From: Polyangiaceae bacterium
GTDB lineage: Bacteria > Myxococcota_A > Polyangia > Polyangiales > Polyangiaceae
Direction: 5' to 3'
NCBI GenBank assembly: GCA_050287085.1
Contig: JBNKBE010000039.1
Coordinates: forward strand, 1 to 27,732
DNA: 27,732 nucleotides
Shown: in pieces, positions 8,487-16,943 of the stretch
How positions within the stretch are numbered: the first letter of the stretch is position 1
Layout of the letters: the number at the start of each line of letters is the position of its first letter
The notes under the pieces: generated by a model
The model's database searches: none
What the model saw: the letters and a program-made list of their open reading frames with translations, nothing else
Told to the model about the DNA's origin: nothing
Position numbers and translations under genes: made by a program

Positions 8487-10585
8487 GGCATGTCCTCCCA
8501 CGCGACGAGGTCGCGACCGAACCACACTACCTGCGGCGCCAAAGCGTGAAGCCCCTCCAGCACGATGGCACGACCGACGCTAGGCTGAGAGCGGCGTAGC
8601 TCTCGAATCACCCGCTCTACGGACGCAACGCGAAGGCGCAATAAGATCGCTTGCAAGTGCGCTTGTGTCGTCAAGCCGGAGACGCGGACGTCTAGGATGT
8701 CGTTGTCTCTTGCGCCGATGGGAGCGCTTACGCTGGATGGCGCCGCGACTTCATCAAACGCTGCGGCTTCGTCAAGCGCCGCGACTTCGTCAAACGCCGC
8801 GGCTTCGTCAAGCGCCGCGGCTTCGTCAAGCGCCGCAGAGCGCTCTCCGCGGAGCGCCGCGAGGGTGCTCCACGTCCCAGGTTGAAGCTCGCTGCGCACG
8901 TAGCCTTGTACTTGTTCCAGGCTGAGCGGCGTGCCGCTGGCGTCGCAGAGGTCTCGCGAGCGCGCTAGCTGCAGCAGCGATTCCAGCGCCAGTAGTTGAG
9001 CGCTTTCATCGCGCGACAGCTCGTGCCAGATAAGATGTGGCTGGGCCATGACCTCGAGTTGCCGTTGCGCGGTGGCCCGCCAGGTCGGCGGAAAGGGGCG
9101 CCACTGCTCTCGCAGCAACACGCCGGGTTCTTTCCTGCCGCGTTGCAGCGCTCTGTTCAGCGCGGCCCCCACCGACTTGGGGTGGGCCTGATGCACGACC
9201 GAGAGCCAACGTTCGCCGGGCCTTGTGGGGTGCAGTTGGATGTAGGCGTCGGCAGAACCGCGCAGTGCGACCGTATCCAGGAACTCGGAAGCGAGCAGAA
9301 TGCCGTCGCAGAGTCGTTCGGGATCGGCGCCCAGGTGGTTTACTTCTGCGCGGTCCAGTTGGGTATGCGCCGTCGCTAGGCATTCCTGCCAGGCTTCGGA
9401 AAGCGCCGCTGCTAGCTCTTCTGGAGCGAGAGATTCGCCGGTTGTCTCAACGCTCGTCCCTCGCTCCAGAATGCTGGGGTTAGTGCCTTCTCGCGCTTCC
9501 TTGAGCGCCGAAAGCAACATGCGGGGTGTAATGCCTGGCCGGGAACACAAGCGCTCCACCTGCTCAGGCGTGAAGGGCCAAGGGAAGGGCTCGTCGGGTG
9601 CATCTAGGCGGTTGCACCAAAGCTCGAGCAACGCACGCGACTGCGCTCGGGTGGGCAGGGCTAGTGCGGACTTGGTCATGACCAAGCGTGATTGTTGCGA
9701 TAGGTTCAGTTGCGGCTGAATGCCCTGTTCCCACTCGCTGTCGAGGGCCATCTGTACGATGGAGAGGCCTTGGGTTGCGTCTACCAGCTCTGCCACCAAG
9801 TTGCCGTATTGTGTTATTCGTTCTTCAGTCTCGCTCTTCTGGATTAGGTTTTCGAGTTGGTCGAAGACCAATACGATGGGGGCGCCGAGCGCCGCCGCCA
9901 CGCCCAAAGTGCGCAGGGCTCGCACGGCCCGAGACTCCTCAAGGGAGCTCGCCGCGCCGATGCGTTCGAGCTGAGCAGGATCGCAATCCTGCCCGCCGAG
10001 CCAGGCCAGCAATGCCCGGCGGTGCCGTGGGGACGCAAACGGAAGCTGCAGCAGGCGGTCGATGAAGAGGTCGTCCAAGCCCGGCAGGAGCTCCAGCAGC
10101 TTGTCAGCCAGTATTTCGAGACGTCGCTTGCGCGCCGGCTCCGGCAGTTCCCGAAACGCTAACAGGTGTGTTTCGGGAAAGTCGGACTGGCCATCTTCCA
10201 AGTAGCCGATGAGCGAACCCACCAGCGCATCCGCTTGCAAGCCGCTGCCGCCATAGGAAGCTTGTGAAAGCTGACTCACCGCTTCCCCGAGGACGTAGAG
10301 GGGGGTGAGCCCCGGGTGCAGCAGCGGTCGGATGTGGACGAATACCGCGCGCGGGCCCAGATGGCGGCGCACTCTTGCAAAGAGGTGGGTCTTCCCTGTG
10401 CCAGGAGGGCCGAGCAATACGAGCGATTCGGAGCGCAGTTGCCGAGGGTCGCTGCGGGCCGCCTCGCGAATGCGCGCGACGTGCTCCTCGATCGCGGCAC
10501 TGGCGTCGCAATTCAGTTCCGGCAAGTCGACGAGAGTCGTGACCCACGGATCGGCGTGTAGCGCCGAGAGAAATGTTTCGGTCAT
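8483..10585 (-). CDS. P-loop AAA+-type ATPase with C-terminal extension ending in a winged-helix-like domain
   Basis: Walker A LVLLGPPGTGKTHL, Walker B IVLVFDQLE, SRL (candidate arginine finger), lid/sensor-2-like PFTPEQV...ITPRMLL; ATGA overlaps at both ends. Confidence 0.85.
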   Translation of the reverse strand: MTETFLSALHADPWVTTLVDLPELNCDASAAIEEHVARIREAARSDPRQLRSESLVLLGPPGTGKTHLFARVRRHLGPRAVFVHIRPLLHPGLTPLYVLGEAVSQLSQASYGGSGLQADALVGSLIGYLEDGQSDFPETHLLAFRELPEPARKRRLEILADKLLELLPGLDDLFIDRLLQLPFASPRHRRALLAWLGGQDCDPAQLERIGAASSLEESRAVRALRTLGVAAALGAPIVLVFDQLENLIQKSETEERITQYGNLVAELVDATQGLSIVQMALDSEWEQGIQPQLNLSQQSRLVMTKSALALPTRAQSRALLELWCNRLDAPDEPFPWPFTPEQVERLCSRPGITPRMLLSALKEAREGTNPSILERGTSVETTGESLAPEELAAALSEAWQECLATAHTQLDRAEVNHLGADPERLCDGILLASEFLDTVALRGSADAYIQLHPTRPGERWLSVVHQAHPKSVGAALNRALQRGRKEPGVLLREQWRPFPPTWRATAQRQLEVMAQPHLIWHELSRDESAQLLALESLLQLARSRDLCDASGTPLSLEQVQGYVRSELQPGTWSTLAALRGERSAALDEAAALDEAAAFDEVAALDEAAAFDEVAAPSSVSAPIGARDNDILDVRVSGLTTQAHLQAILLRLRVASVERVIRELRRSQPSVGRAIVLEGLHALAPQVVWFGRDLVAWEDMP
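8741..8836. repeat. 18-bp in-frame tandem repeat (5.3 copies) inside the ATPase gene
   Basis: Plus-strand unit CGCCGCG(G/A)CTTCGTCAA(G/A); encodes AALDEA-AALDEA-AAFDEV-AALDEA-AAFDEV-AA. Confidence 0.95.
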
Positions 10586-11445
10586 GGGGTAGCTTCCGCT
10601 CTCAGGCGCACCCAGCTAAGAGGCAGGTCGTTTGCGCCACGTGGACATAGGGCTGCATCGGCGTCACTGAGGCGACCGAGACCCCCCTCCGGTCTCAGCT
10701 CGACCTCTCCGGCTTCATGGGCTTCGAGCAGCGCCGCGCGAACGTCCTCAGAGCTGGCTTGGGGGCGCAGCCGGCGGCTCACCATCGGGACGCTTGCGAG
10801 GCCCGAGTCTTCGTCCCGTTCCGCCATCACGGCGCCGCGCAGGGCTTGGCTCAGGGAGGGAGTCCCAAGGGGGAGCGCGGGTCTCGGAGCGGCGGGAGCG
10901 GGCGTGGTTGCCTGGCTCGCGCACACCGAGGTCAGCTCCGCGAGTGCCTGTTGCGCGTCCGAGAGCAGTATGCTGGCACCGGCGCGATCTGAGCGCGGCC
11001 TTTTGAGCCAGTCACCGAGTTGTTTGACCTGGTCAGCCAGGGCCATCAGCGCCTCTCGTTCCAGGACCCGCTCGCTCGGGGGCACCAAGGTGGGAACCTT
11101 GCCGCGATAGACCAAGTGCATGGCGCCGCTTCTGGCCAGTTGTTGCGCGATTTTTTTGGCTTCCGTGGCGCTGACGCCGCCCAGGCGCTTGCGCAGGTCG
11201 CCGACGGCCACCGCATGGCCGCTCCTTGCTAGCTGTTGTCCTTGGAGCTCGGGTTTGACGCGAACTCCGGTTTTTGTCTTTTCATAGCCTTCACCGATGA
11301 GCCGCTCGATAACCGATGTGCGAATGCCCGCTTTTCCAAGCTTGCTACTGGTAATGGCCCCCCTTTCTTCCAGGGTGCGTCGAGCCCTCTGAACCACCTG
11401 TAGGATTTGTTCCTCATGGTTCGCCCCCTTGCGCTTCTCCGCCAT
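10582..11445 (-). CDS. Basic hypothetical protein, probably several winged-helix domains (C-terminus reminiscent of cyanobacterial RcaD-like proteins)
   Basis: Lys/Arg-rich helical segments followed by short beta hairpins; C-terminal GLASVPMVSRRL...SEDVRAALLEAHEAGEVEL...LSDADAA...PLSWVRL. Start 11445 preferred over 11499 because of the promoter. The family call is from memory only. Confidence 0.6.
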   Translation of the reverse strand: MAEKRKGANHEEQILQVVQRARRTLEERGAITSSKLGKAGIRTSVIERLIGEGYEKTKTGVRVKPELQGQQLARSGHAVAVGDLRKRLGGVSATEAKKIAQQLARSGAMHLVYRGKVPTLVPPSERVLEREALMALADQVKQLGDWLKRPRSDRAGASILLSDAQQALAELTSVCASQATTPAPAAPRPALPLGTPSLSQALRGAVMAERDEDSGLASVPMVSRRLRPQASSEDVRAALLEAHEAGEVELRPEGGLGRLSDADAALCPRGANDLPLSWVRLRAEATP

Positions 11446-11454
11446 GTGTCGGCG

Positions 11455-11483
11455 AAGATACGCTGCCCCGGGCGACGTGTCAC
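11455..11483 (-). promoter_or_regulatory. sigma70-like promoter for the wHTH-ATPase-nuclease/FtsK operon
   Basis: GTGACA (11483-11478), 17-nt spacer, TATCTT (11460-11455), then 9 nt to the ATG at 11445. Confidence 0.55.
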
Positions 11484-11696
11484 CCCTCGTCTTGTCCATT
11501 TGAGAGTCAGCGAGCTCCTACGCGCGGCGCGTGTGATGGACGGTGGTTCAGGGGGACCAGCGATTCTGGTGCAATTCGGACTTCGCTGAGCCCGGTCCCT
11601 ACGACATCTGGGCGCCTTGAGGGGGAACGATGAAATCTCGCTACGCCGACCCGCGCACGGCGGCAATGACCGAGGAACAAGGAGGGGCGAGCCATG

Positions 11697-12092
11697 TCAT
11701 AGTAGCTGCAGGGCGCGTGCCTCGTCTTCATGAAAGTCGACGTGAAGGTGGTTTCCGTCGGGGTCGACCAAGTTGACTTGGCAGATCTTGAAGTCTCGAA
11801 TGAAGGCGAGTTGGTACTCGACGCTGGCGCCGTTGAGCTGCTCCAAGAATGTCTTCAGATCGTGGGCGCTGAAGGCGAAGTGTTCTAGGTGCAGGTTTTC
11901 ATCTGCTGAAGGGGGCGCATCGACTTCGATGAAGTGAACGACGGCGCGCTCGCCGCAGTACATCCAGGCGCCGCCAAAGGGGAATGCGGGGCGCGCCCCG
12001 GCTCGGAGCCCGAGCACCTCTGAGTAGAAGCGTCGCATTGCTGCGAGTTGAGCCGTTCTCACATTCACGTGATCAAGTGCGACTAGAGGCAT
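11697..12092 (-). CDS. VOC/glyoxalase family protein
   Basis: LDHVNVRT...RFYSEVLGL, GAWMY, LEHFAF, DPDGNHLHV; ATG at 12092. Confidence 0.9.
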   Translation of the reverse strand: MPLVALDHVNVRTAQLAAMRRFYSEVLGLRAGARPAFPFGGAWMYCGERAVVHFIEVDAPPSADENLHLEHFAFSAHDLKTFLEQLNGASVEYQLAFIRDFKICQVNLVDPDGNHLHVDFHEDEARALQLL

Positions 12093-12120
12093 TGCGGCGG
12101 GTATAATCCGCGGAAGCAAT

Positions 12121-12858
12121 ATGGTCTACAGACACCTCTGCCGCGTCACGAGCCTGCGGATTCGTCATGGGCTGCTCGGGCTCGTCATCGCTGGCGGGGG
12201 CGCTTGCTCACCCCCGCACCAGCCCGCTGCGCCCGCCCCGCTACCCTTGCCGAGGAGCGTGCCAGGTCTGCTCCGCCCGTCTCCCGGCGTACCTTTGGAC
12301 GACAACGCAGGGACCGGAAAGGCGGCAAAGGAGACCGCCGATGAAGCGCCGTCACCGGAGCAGCAGCTTCATTTTGAGGACGTCCTGCCAGAAGCAGCGG
12401 ACCCCGCAGCGCTTGCCTGCAGCGGTGCGTCGATTGTGGCTGGAACAGCGCTGCATGCCGTCAATCTCTGTGACCTATTGAGCGCAGATAGGGCGCGGAA
12501 GCTGAGCTCTGACAACCCGCTTCGGTACGAGCTCATTGCGGCGTGGTACGCCGATATTCGGCCCACGTGGACGGCCGCGAACGCCTCGCTATGCGCCGGG
12601 GAAGAGGCGGTGCTGCTTGTAAACAAGTACGCCGACGAGGTGGAGCCGGCTCGACAGTGCGTTCAGCTGCGCTGCGTTTCGAGCTTCCCGCCGGACCCCG
12701 TTCACATCGGGAAGAACGGCGAGTTTTGTATTTCCCAGGCTGCAACGTTTGAGCGTTGGACGGTGGCTCCGGGTCGCGTCGAAGCTCACTACCGTCATGG
12801 TACGGATGTCTGGCGCATCGTTGGCGTGGGGGAAGACTACCAGTTTATCAAGCGCTGA
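12121..12858 (+). CDS. Hypothetical exported protein/lipoprotein
   Basis: Hydrophobic stretch ending GGA-C, Pro-rich linker, Cys-containing C-terminal domain; TATAAT at 12102-12107 just upstream. Confidence 0.6.
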   Translation: MVYRHLCRVTSLRIRHGLLGLVIAGGGACSPPHQPAAPAPLPLPRSVPGLLRPSPGVPLDDNAGTGKAAKETADEAPSPEQQLHFEDVLPEAADPAALACSGASIVAGTALHAVNLCDLLSADRARKLSSDNPLRYELIAAWYADIRPTWTAANASLCAGEEAVLLVNKYADEVEPARQCVQLRCVSSFPPDPVHIGKNGEFCISQAATFERWTVAPGRVEAHYRHGTDVWRIVGVGEDYQFIKR

Positions 12859-12903
12859 AGCCGGGTCGCGTGTCGCGAGAGCTCTGCGCCGGATGCGGGC
12901 GCT

Positions 12904-13434
12904 TCATGGGTTCCGCGTCGCGGGCGACGAAGCATCGACCAGGTCGAATTTAAGCGGCAGAATCACGCTCACGATGCCGCGAGTTGGCGCTGGAAAGGTG
13001 AGGCCGTTGATCTTGTGGGCGACGCATCGGGTCAGTATCTCGGGAACGTCACGGCTCGTGTTGCTGACGTTGGAGACGTCCCCTTTTCGCCGGATGATGA
13101 ATCTGATGGTCACGCGCGCGACCAGGTCGGGACTACTCGCTAGGGCGGCCTCGTAGCATTGGCGGAGGCCGTCCAGATTTGAGCGCATCACCTTTTGGAG
13201 CTCAGCCGGTTCCACACTTCCGGAGGACTGCATGGAACCAACGCGGATCCGTGGCACTCGCGACTGGGCAGGGTTCTCCACGGGAGCAATGGGGGCTGCC
13301 ACCGTTGAAGTCGGCGGCGGGCTCGGGTGGCTTGGTGGGATTGGCTTGTGAGTGCCGCAGGCTGATAGGAGCAACGCAAAGGCTGAGAGAATCGGTCGGG
13401 TTTGGAGCACGGCCCGGGGCATGATCGAGGGCAT
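12904..13434 (-). CDS. Lipoprotein with AgmX/PglI C-terminal (TonB-C-like) domain
   Basis: LLLSA-C lipobox, Pro linker, ELQKVMRSNLDGLRQCYEAAL...VTIRFII...GDV...RCV...LTFPAP...VILPLKF. Confidence 0.85.
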   Translation of the reverse strand: MPSIMPRAVLQTRPILSAFALLLSACGTHKPIPPSHPSPPPTSTVAAPIAPVENPAQSRVPRIRVGSMQSSGSVEPAELQKVMRSNLDGLRQCYEAALASSPDLVARVTIRFIIRRKGDVSNVSNTSRDVPEILTRCVAHKINGLTFPAPTRGIVSVILPLKFDLVDASSPATRNP

Positions 13435-13440
13435 CGTCGC

Positions 13441-13469
13441 ACACTAGCGATTCGCGCGGGCGCCGTCAC
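13441..13469 (-). promoter_or_regulatory. sigma70-like leaderless-type promoter
   Basis: GTGACG (13469-13464), 17 nt, TAGTGT (13446-13441), 6 nt, ATG at 13434. Confidence 0.5.
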
Positions 13470-13736
13470 GGACGAGCTGATGGGGTTCCTGTTGCGGCTG
13501 CGCTTTGAGCCATCCTCCCCTGGCTGTACCCGTTGGCGGTGAGACACGGTGTCGGTATTGCGCTGAAATCTACTTCTCGAGCCAACGGAGTCGATGCTAG
13601 AGCCTGTTCTGGTTCCCGGTTGGGGTTGCACGCCTCCTCTGGAGGCAGGCGCGCGTGGGAGCCCGGTAGCAGCCATCGGCTGCGAACCGCGTTGCTTGGA
13701 AACAGGGGCGGAGTACCGTCGAAAGGTCTTTCTATT

Positions 13737-14210
13737 ATGGCTCAGTTCTCAGTTGCGGAGCACTTCTCCGAGGTCGTTGCCCATGTTGGCAAGCCCGTTC
13801 ATGCTTTGGGCTACGTGCATCGGAAGCCGTCGGTGTGGGAGCAAGTGCAGAGTCTCCTCATCGCCAGCGCCATTGGGGTGATAGCGAAGTCCTTTCTGCA
13901 CAAGGAGAAGCGACAGTACTTGGCGCTCACCGACGGTAGTCTCGTGCTTCTGGAGTTCGCAGATGACGAATTTGTAGAAAGCAAGGAATTCGCTCTCGAC
14001 CAGGTTGAGAACGGCTCGGCTGCTGTCGACGAGAGTCTGGTGAAGCTTTCCTTCGGGTGTGGCGGACAGGACTACAATATCGAGTTGATGCGCTACCAGC
14101 TGGTCGATCTGGATGGAAGTATGATGAGCGATCCGGAGCTCATGAGACAGATTGGGGCCATGACTGCGCGGATCGGCACCAGCTTGCAGACGCGGCGTCT
14201 AGCCGCATAA
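13737..14210 (+). CDS. Hypothetical protein (one hydrophobic segment followed by a beta-rich, possibly PH-like domain)
   Basis: ATG at 13737 preceded by GAAAGG; QYLALTDGSLVLLEF pattern. The upstream extension given in the ORF track looks non-coding. Confidence 0.65.
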   Translation: MAQFSVAEHFSEVVAHVGKPVHALGYVHRKPSVWEQVQSLLIASAIGVIAKSFLHKEKRQYLALTDGSLVLLEFADDEFVESKEFALDQVENGSAAVDESLVKLSFGCGGQDYNIELMRYQLVDLDGSMMSDPELMRQIGAMTARIGTSLQTRRLAA

Positions 14211-14363
14211 CAGGCCGCGCGCTTGTCGGTTCGAGGACACTCGAGGGGGAGCCGAAGTGTGGCGGTGGCGGTTGGGCCGAGTACGCTAATTATTCGCGAC
14301 GCGGGCTGTTGTACTTAGGGAAGCTACGGCGCATTCTTTGGGTCTAGCCAAGGAGCCAAAACG

Positions 14364-14756
14364 ATGATCGACCACACCGGGCTCGCCGTGAGCGACCCAG
14401 AGAAGAGCCGAAGATTCTACGAGCAAGCACTTGCGCCTCTGGACTATGAAGTCCTAGTGGAAGTCCCGCTGGCCGTCACGGGGGGCAGCGTTGTGCTTGG
14501 ACTGGGCGAACGCCCAAGTCCGGACTTCTGGATCAACGAGGGGCAGCCTCAAACTCCCCACGTGCACGTGGCCTTTAGAGCCAAGAATCGCCAGCAGGTT
14601 GACGCGTTCTACCAAGCCGCGATGATGGCCGGAGGGCGGGACAATGGTCCGCCAGGACCCCGCCCGCACTACCATGAGCACTACTACGGGGCGTTTGTTC
14701 TCGATCCGGACGGGCACAACATCGAGGTGTGCTGCCACGAAGCCGCGTCGGCATAG
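14364..14756 (+). CDS. VOC/glyoxalase family protein
   Basis: AAGGAG RBS; MIDHTGLAVSD...FYEQALAPL, HVAFRA...VDAFY, DNGPPGPRPHYH..YYGAFVLDPDGHNIEV. Confidence 0.95.
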   Translation: MIDHTGLAVSDPEKSRRFYEQALAPLDYEVLVEVPLAVTGGSVVLGLGERPSPDFWINEGQPQTPHVHVAFRAKNRQQVDAFYQAAMMAGGRDNGPPGPRPHYHEHYYGAFVLDPDGHNIEVCCHEAASA

Positions 14757-14872
14757 TGCCCGGTGCGGCGGACGCGTCTTGCCGTCGGAGGGCGGCGGCG
14801 CGGGCCCGCCATCGGGGCTGGGCGCGGAGGGGCATGAACGGGTGCCGTGCTGTGGTGTGTACCTCACCCTCA

Positions 14873-14889
14873 TTGGCACTGGGTCTGCG
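14873..14889 (+). promoter_or_regulatory. Possible sigma54 -24/-12 promoter upstream of ppnP
   Basis: TTGGCACTGGGTCTGCG has TGGCAC and GG-N10-GC spacing, about 115 bp before the start; it could be a chance match. Confidence 0.3.
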
Positions 14890-15002
14890 GGCGAGCGAGT
14901 TTCCGGCGCCTAGCTATTCCGAGGCGCCGTGCCGGGTGTCGCTTTGGCATGCGTGCGCGTGGCTTTTGTGCCAGAACCGCCCGAGTCTGAAGGAGACATC
15001 AA

Positions 15003-15287
15003 TTGCTGAAGCACAATACGTATTTCGAGGGCAAAGTTCAGAGCATTGGTTTCGAGCGAAGCGGTCGCGCGCTGACCGTTGGGGTCATGGCGGCGGGGGA
15101 GTATCACTTCAATACCGGCGCTCCCGAGCGCATGACGGTGGTGAGTGGTGAGTTGCGGGTCAGGCTTCCGGATGAGTCGGGCTTCAAGCACTACCCGAGC
15201 GGGACGAGTTTCGAGGTGCCCGGCGACAGCGGCTTCGATCTCGAGGTTGGCGCCGCTACTGCCTACGTCTGCGAGTTCCTGCGATAA
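15003..15287 (+). CDS. ppnP: Pyrimidine/purine nucleoside phosphorylase (YaiE/DUF1255)
   Basis: MLKHNTYFEGKVQSIGF...TVGVMAAGEYHFNTGAPERMTVVSGEL...FEVPGDSGF...AYVCEF; TTG start with AAGGAG RBS. Confidence 0.93.
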   Translation: MLKHNTYFEGKVQSIGFERSGRALTVGVMAAGEYHFNTGAPERMTVVSGELRVRLPDESGFKHYPSGTSFEVPGDSGFDLEVGAATAYVCEFLR

Positions 15288-15407
15288 GCCACCGAAGCGG
15301 GGCGCCAGGTTGACTTCACGGTCGCCGCGCCGGCCGAGCGATGCGAAACGGCTTTTCGCTCGTGCACGGTGCTTGCGCTCCGCGCCGCGGAGGGCTCAAT
15401 TGCGTGT

Positions 15408-15953
15408 GTGGCACGGCCAGCGACCCTATTTCGAGTTAAGCTAGAACTGTCCGATGTCGATCGCGGCGTGTATGAGAGCTTGGATGTGCGCTTGGCTCAG
15501 CACCCATCCGAGGACGAGACGCGACTCGTTTGCAGGTTACTGGCGTACGCGCTGCTCTACGAAGAGGGTTTGGAATTTGGGCGTGGGTTGTCGGACGCAG
15601 ATGAGCCGGCACTATGGGTGCACGACCTGACCGGCAGGCTGCTGCATTGGGTGGACGTAGGCATCCCCAGCGCCGAGCGTATCCACACCGCTAACAAGAA
15701 GGCTGAGCGGCTTACCGTCGTGTGTCATAAGGGGAAAGAGGCGCTTGCTCGCGAGATGAGCAAGCGCTTGGTGCATGGCGCTGGCGATATTCGCGTGCTT
15801 TATCTAGAGCCCGCCTTTGTGGCGCAGCTCGCAGAGGTGCTCGAGCGCAACGTCCAGTGGACCGTCGTGCGCGTGGAGGGTGAAGTGAGTGTAATTGCGG
15901 GAGCGCACAGCTTCTCTGCGACGGTAGAAGAGGGAGCTCTGCCCATAGCGTGA
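15408..15953 (+). CDS. yaeQ: YaeQ family protein
   Basis: MARPATLFRVKLELSDVDRGVY...LAQHPSE...RLLAYAL...FGRGLSDADEPALW..DLTG....WVDVGIPSAERI; probable GTG start at 15408. Confidence 0.92.
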   Translation: MARPATLFRVKLELSDVDRGVYESLDVRLAQHPSEDETRLVCRLLAYALLYEEGLEFGRGLSDADEPALWVHDLTGRLLHWVDVGIPSAERIHTANKKAERLTVVCHKGKEALAREMSKRLVHGAGDIRVLYLEPAFVAQLAEVLERNVQWTVVRVEGEVSVIAGAHSFSATVEEGALPIA

Positions 15954-15969
15954 GCGCATAGCGTGAGCG
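15944..15969. repeat. Perfect 13-bp tandem duplication spanning the yaeQ stop codon
   Basis: CATAGCGTGAGCG at 15944-15956 and 15957-15969. Confidence 0.9.
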
Positions 15970-16143
15970 GGGCTGCTGGGCTGCGGCGCCCCACCCCCCG
16001 ACTTGGGCGTGGCGACCGTCGCCCAAAGGGGCGGGCCAAACTTGGCTATCTGCGGTTGATCGGCGTCTCCTGCCAGCTAGGCTAGAGTCCGAGTGCCCAT
16101 GTCCACGAACGTTCACAAGGCCCGCGACGGGGCGGAGCTACGG

Positions 16144-16917
16144 ATGAGCCGTGGCTGTGGACCCGGCTGCCCTGTGCCTTTGGGGTACCGCTGGGGGTGG
16201 CGGAGTGCGTTCATGGTCTTGTTGACGGGGGGTGCTCTCACCGGCTGCCACTCTGAGGAGAAAGGGGCAACGCTGTCCATCGTGGCGCAGGGCTCGGAGT
16301 TGCAGCGGCGTCTTGGCTCGCTCCAGTTGAAAGACCGCCTGGGGCGCGAGAACTTGGCTGAGGCGCTGAGGCGGGAGACATACGCACCTCTGGAAGAGCT
16401 AGCGAGCTATTGGCGAAGTCGGTCTGGCAATGAGGGTGACGTTGCGCTCTTGGTTCTTCAGGCGCTCGGACCTGCCGCTTATGCACCTCTGGTGGTGACG
16501 CTGGACTCGGCTTCCTCCGAGGACAAGCTATTCGTCTTGGAGGACTTGATCGACAAGCACGCGGAGCAACGGCGGGAGCTCGCCGCCAAAGTGGACGCCC
16601 TACTGGACGACAAGAGCCCGGTGGTCTTGTTGCAACGTGGTGGCGTGGAGGAAACGCCGCTAGCGCGGCGCGTCTGTGATGAGGGCTATTGGTTGCTGCG
16701 ACGTCTTCTGCACACGACGGAGCGGGAGGAGGATGGGGCTCAGGAGATGTGGCACTTCCTACGGCGTGACGAGGACGACCGGGATGCCGCCATCGTCAAG
16801 GCCCGCGCCTCGGGCGAATGGCAAAGTTTCATCGGGCGTCGGGGGCGGTCGGCTGAGGAGCGTCGGCTGCCTGAGCCGAGCCGCGGTGAAGCGCCGGCTC
16901 ACGAGTTGGGCCGATAG
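16144..16917 (+). CDS. Hypothetical helical lipoprotein
   Basis: VLLTGGALTG-C lipobox followed by a Leu/Glu/Arg-rich helical region; start uncertain (16093-16213). Confidence 0.6.
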   Translation: MSRGCGPGCPVPLGYRWGWRSAFMVLLTGGALTGCHSEEKGATLSIVAQGSELQRRLGSLQLKDRLGRENLAEALRRETYAPLEELASYWRSRSGNEGDVALLVLQALGPAAYAPLVVTLDSASSEDKLFVLEDLIDKHAEQRRELAAKVDALLDDKSPVVLLQRGGVEETPLARRVCDEGYWLLRRLLHTTEREEDGAQEMWHFLRRDEDDRDAAIVKARASGEWQSFIGRRGRSAEERRLPEPSRGEAPAHELGR

Positions 16918-16943
16918 CTGCCACAGAGGAAAGGCGTCGCGGC

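Noticed and set aside
8741..8836. CRISPR-like array
   Set aside because: Contiguous 18-bp units without spacers, in frame within a CDS.
11500..11696. tRNA or attachment-site remnant upstream of the three-gene cassette
   Set aside because: No cloverleaf or T-loop consensus, and I saw no matching direct repeat on the other flank (6337-6500).
13470..13736. Riboswitch in the intergenic region containing GCCTCC/GGAGGC and GCAGCC/GGCTGC hairpins
   Set aside because: Only 6-bp stems with no recognisable aptamer consensus.
15408..15953. YaeQ as part of the nuclease cassette
   Set aside because: Common stand-alone gene about 4 kb away, on the opposite strand, with unrelated genes in between.
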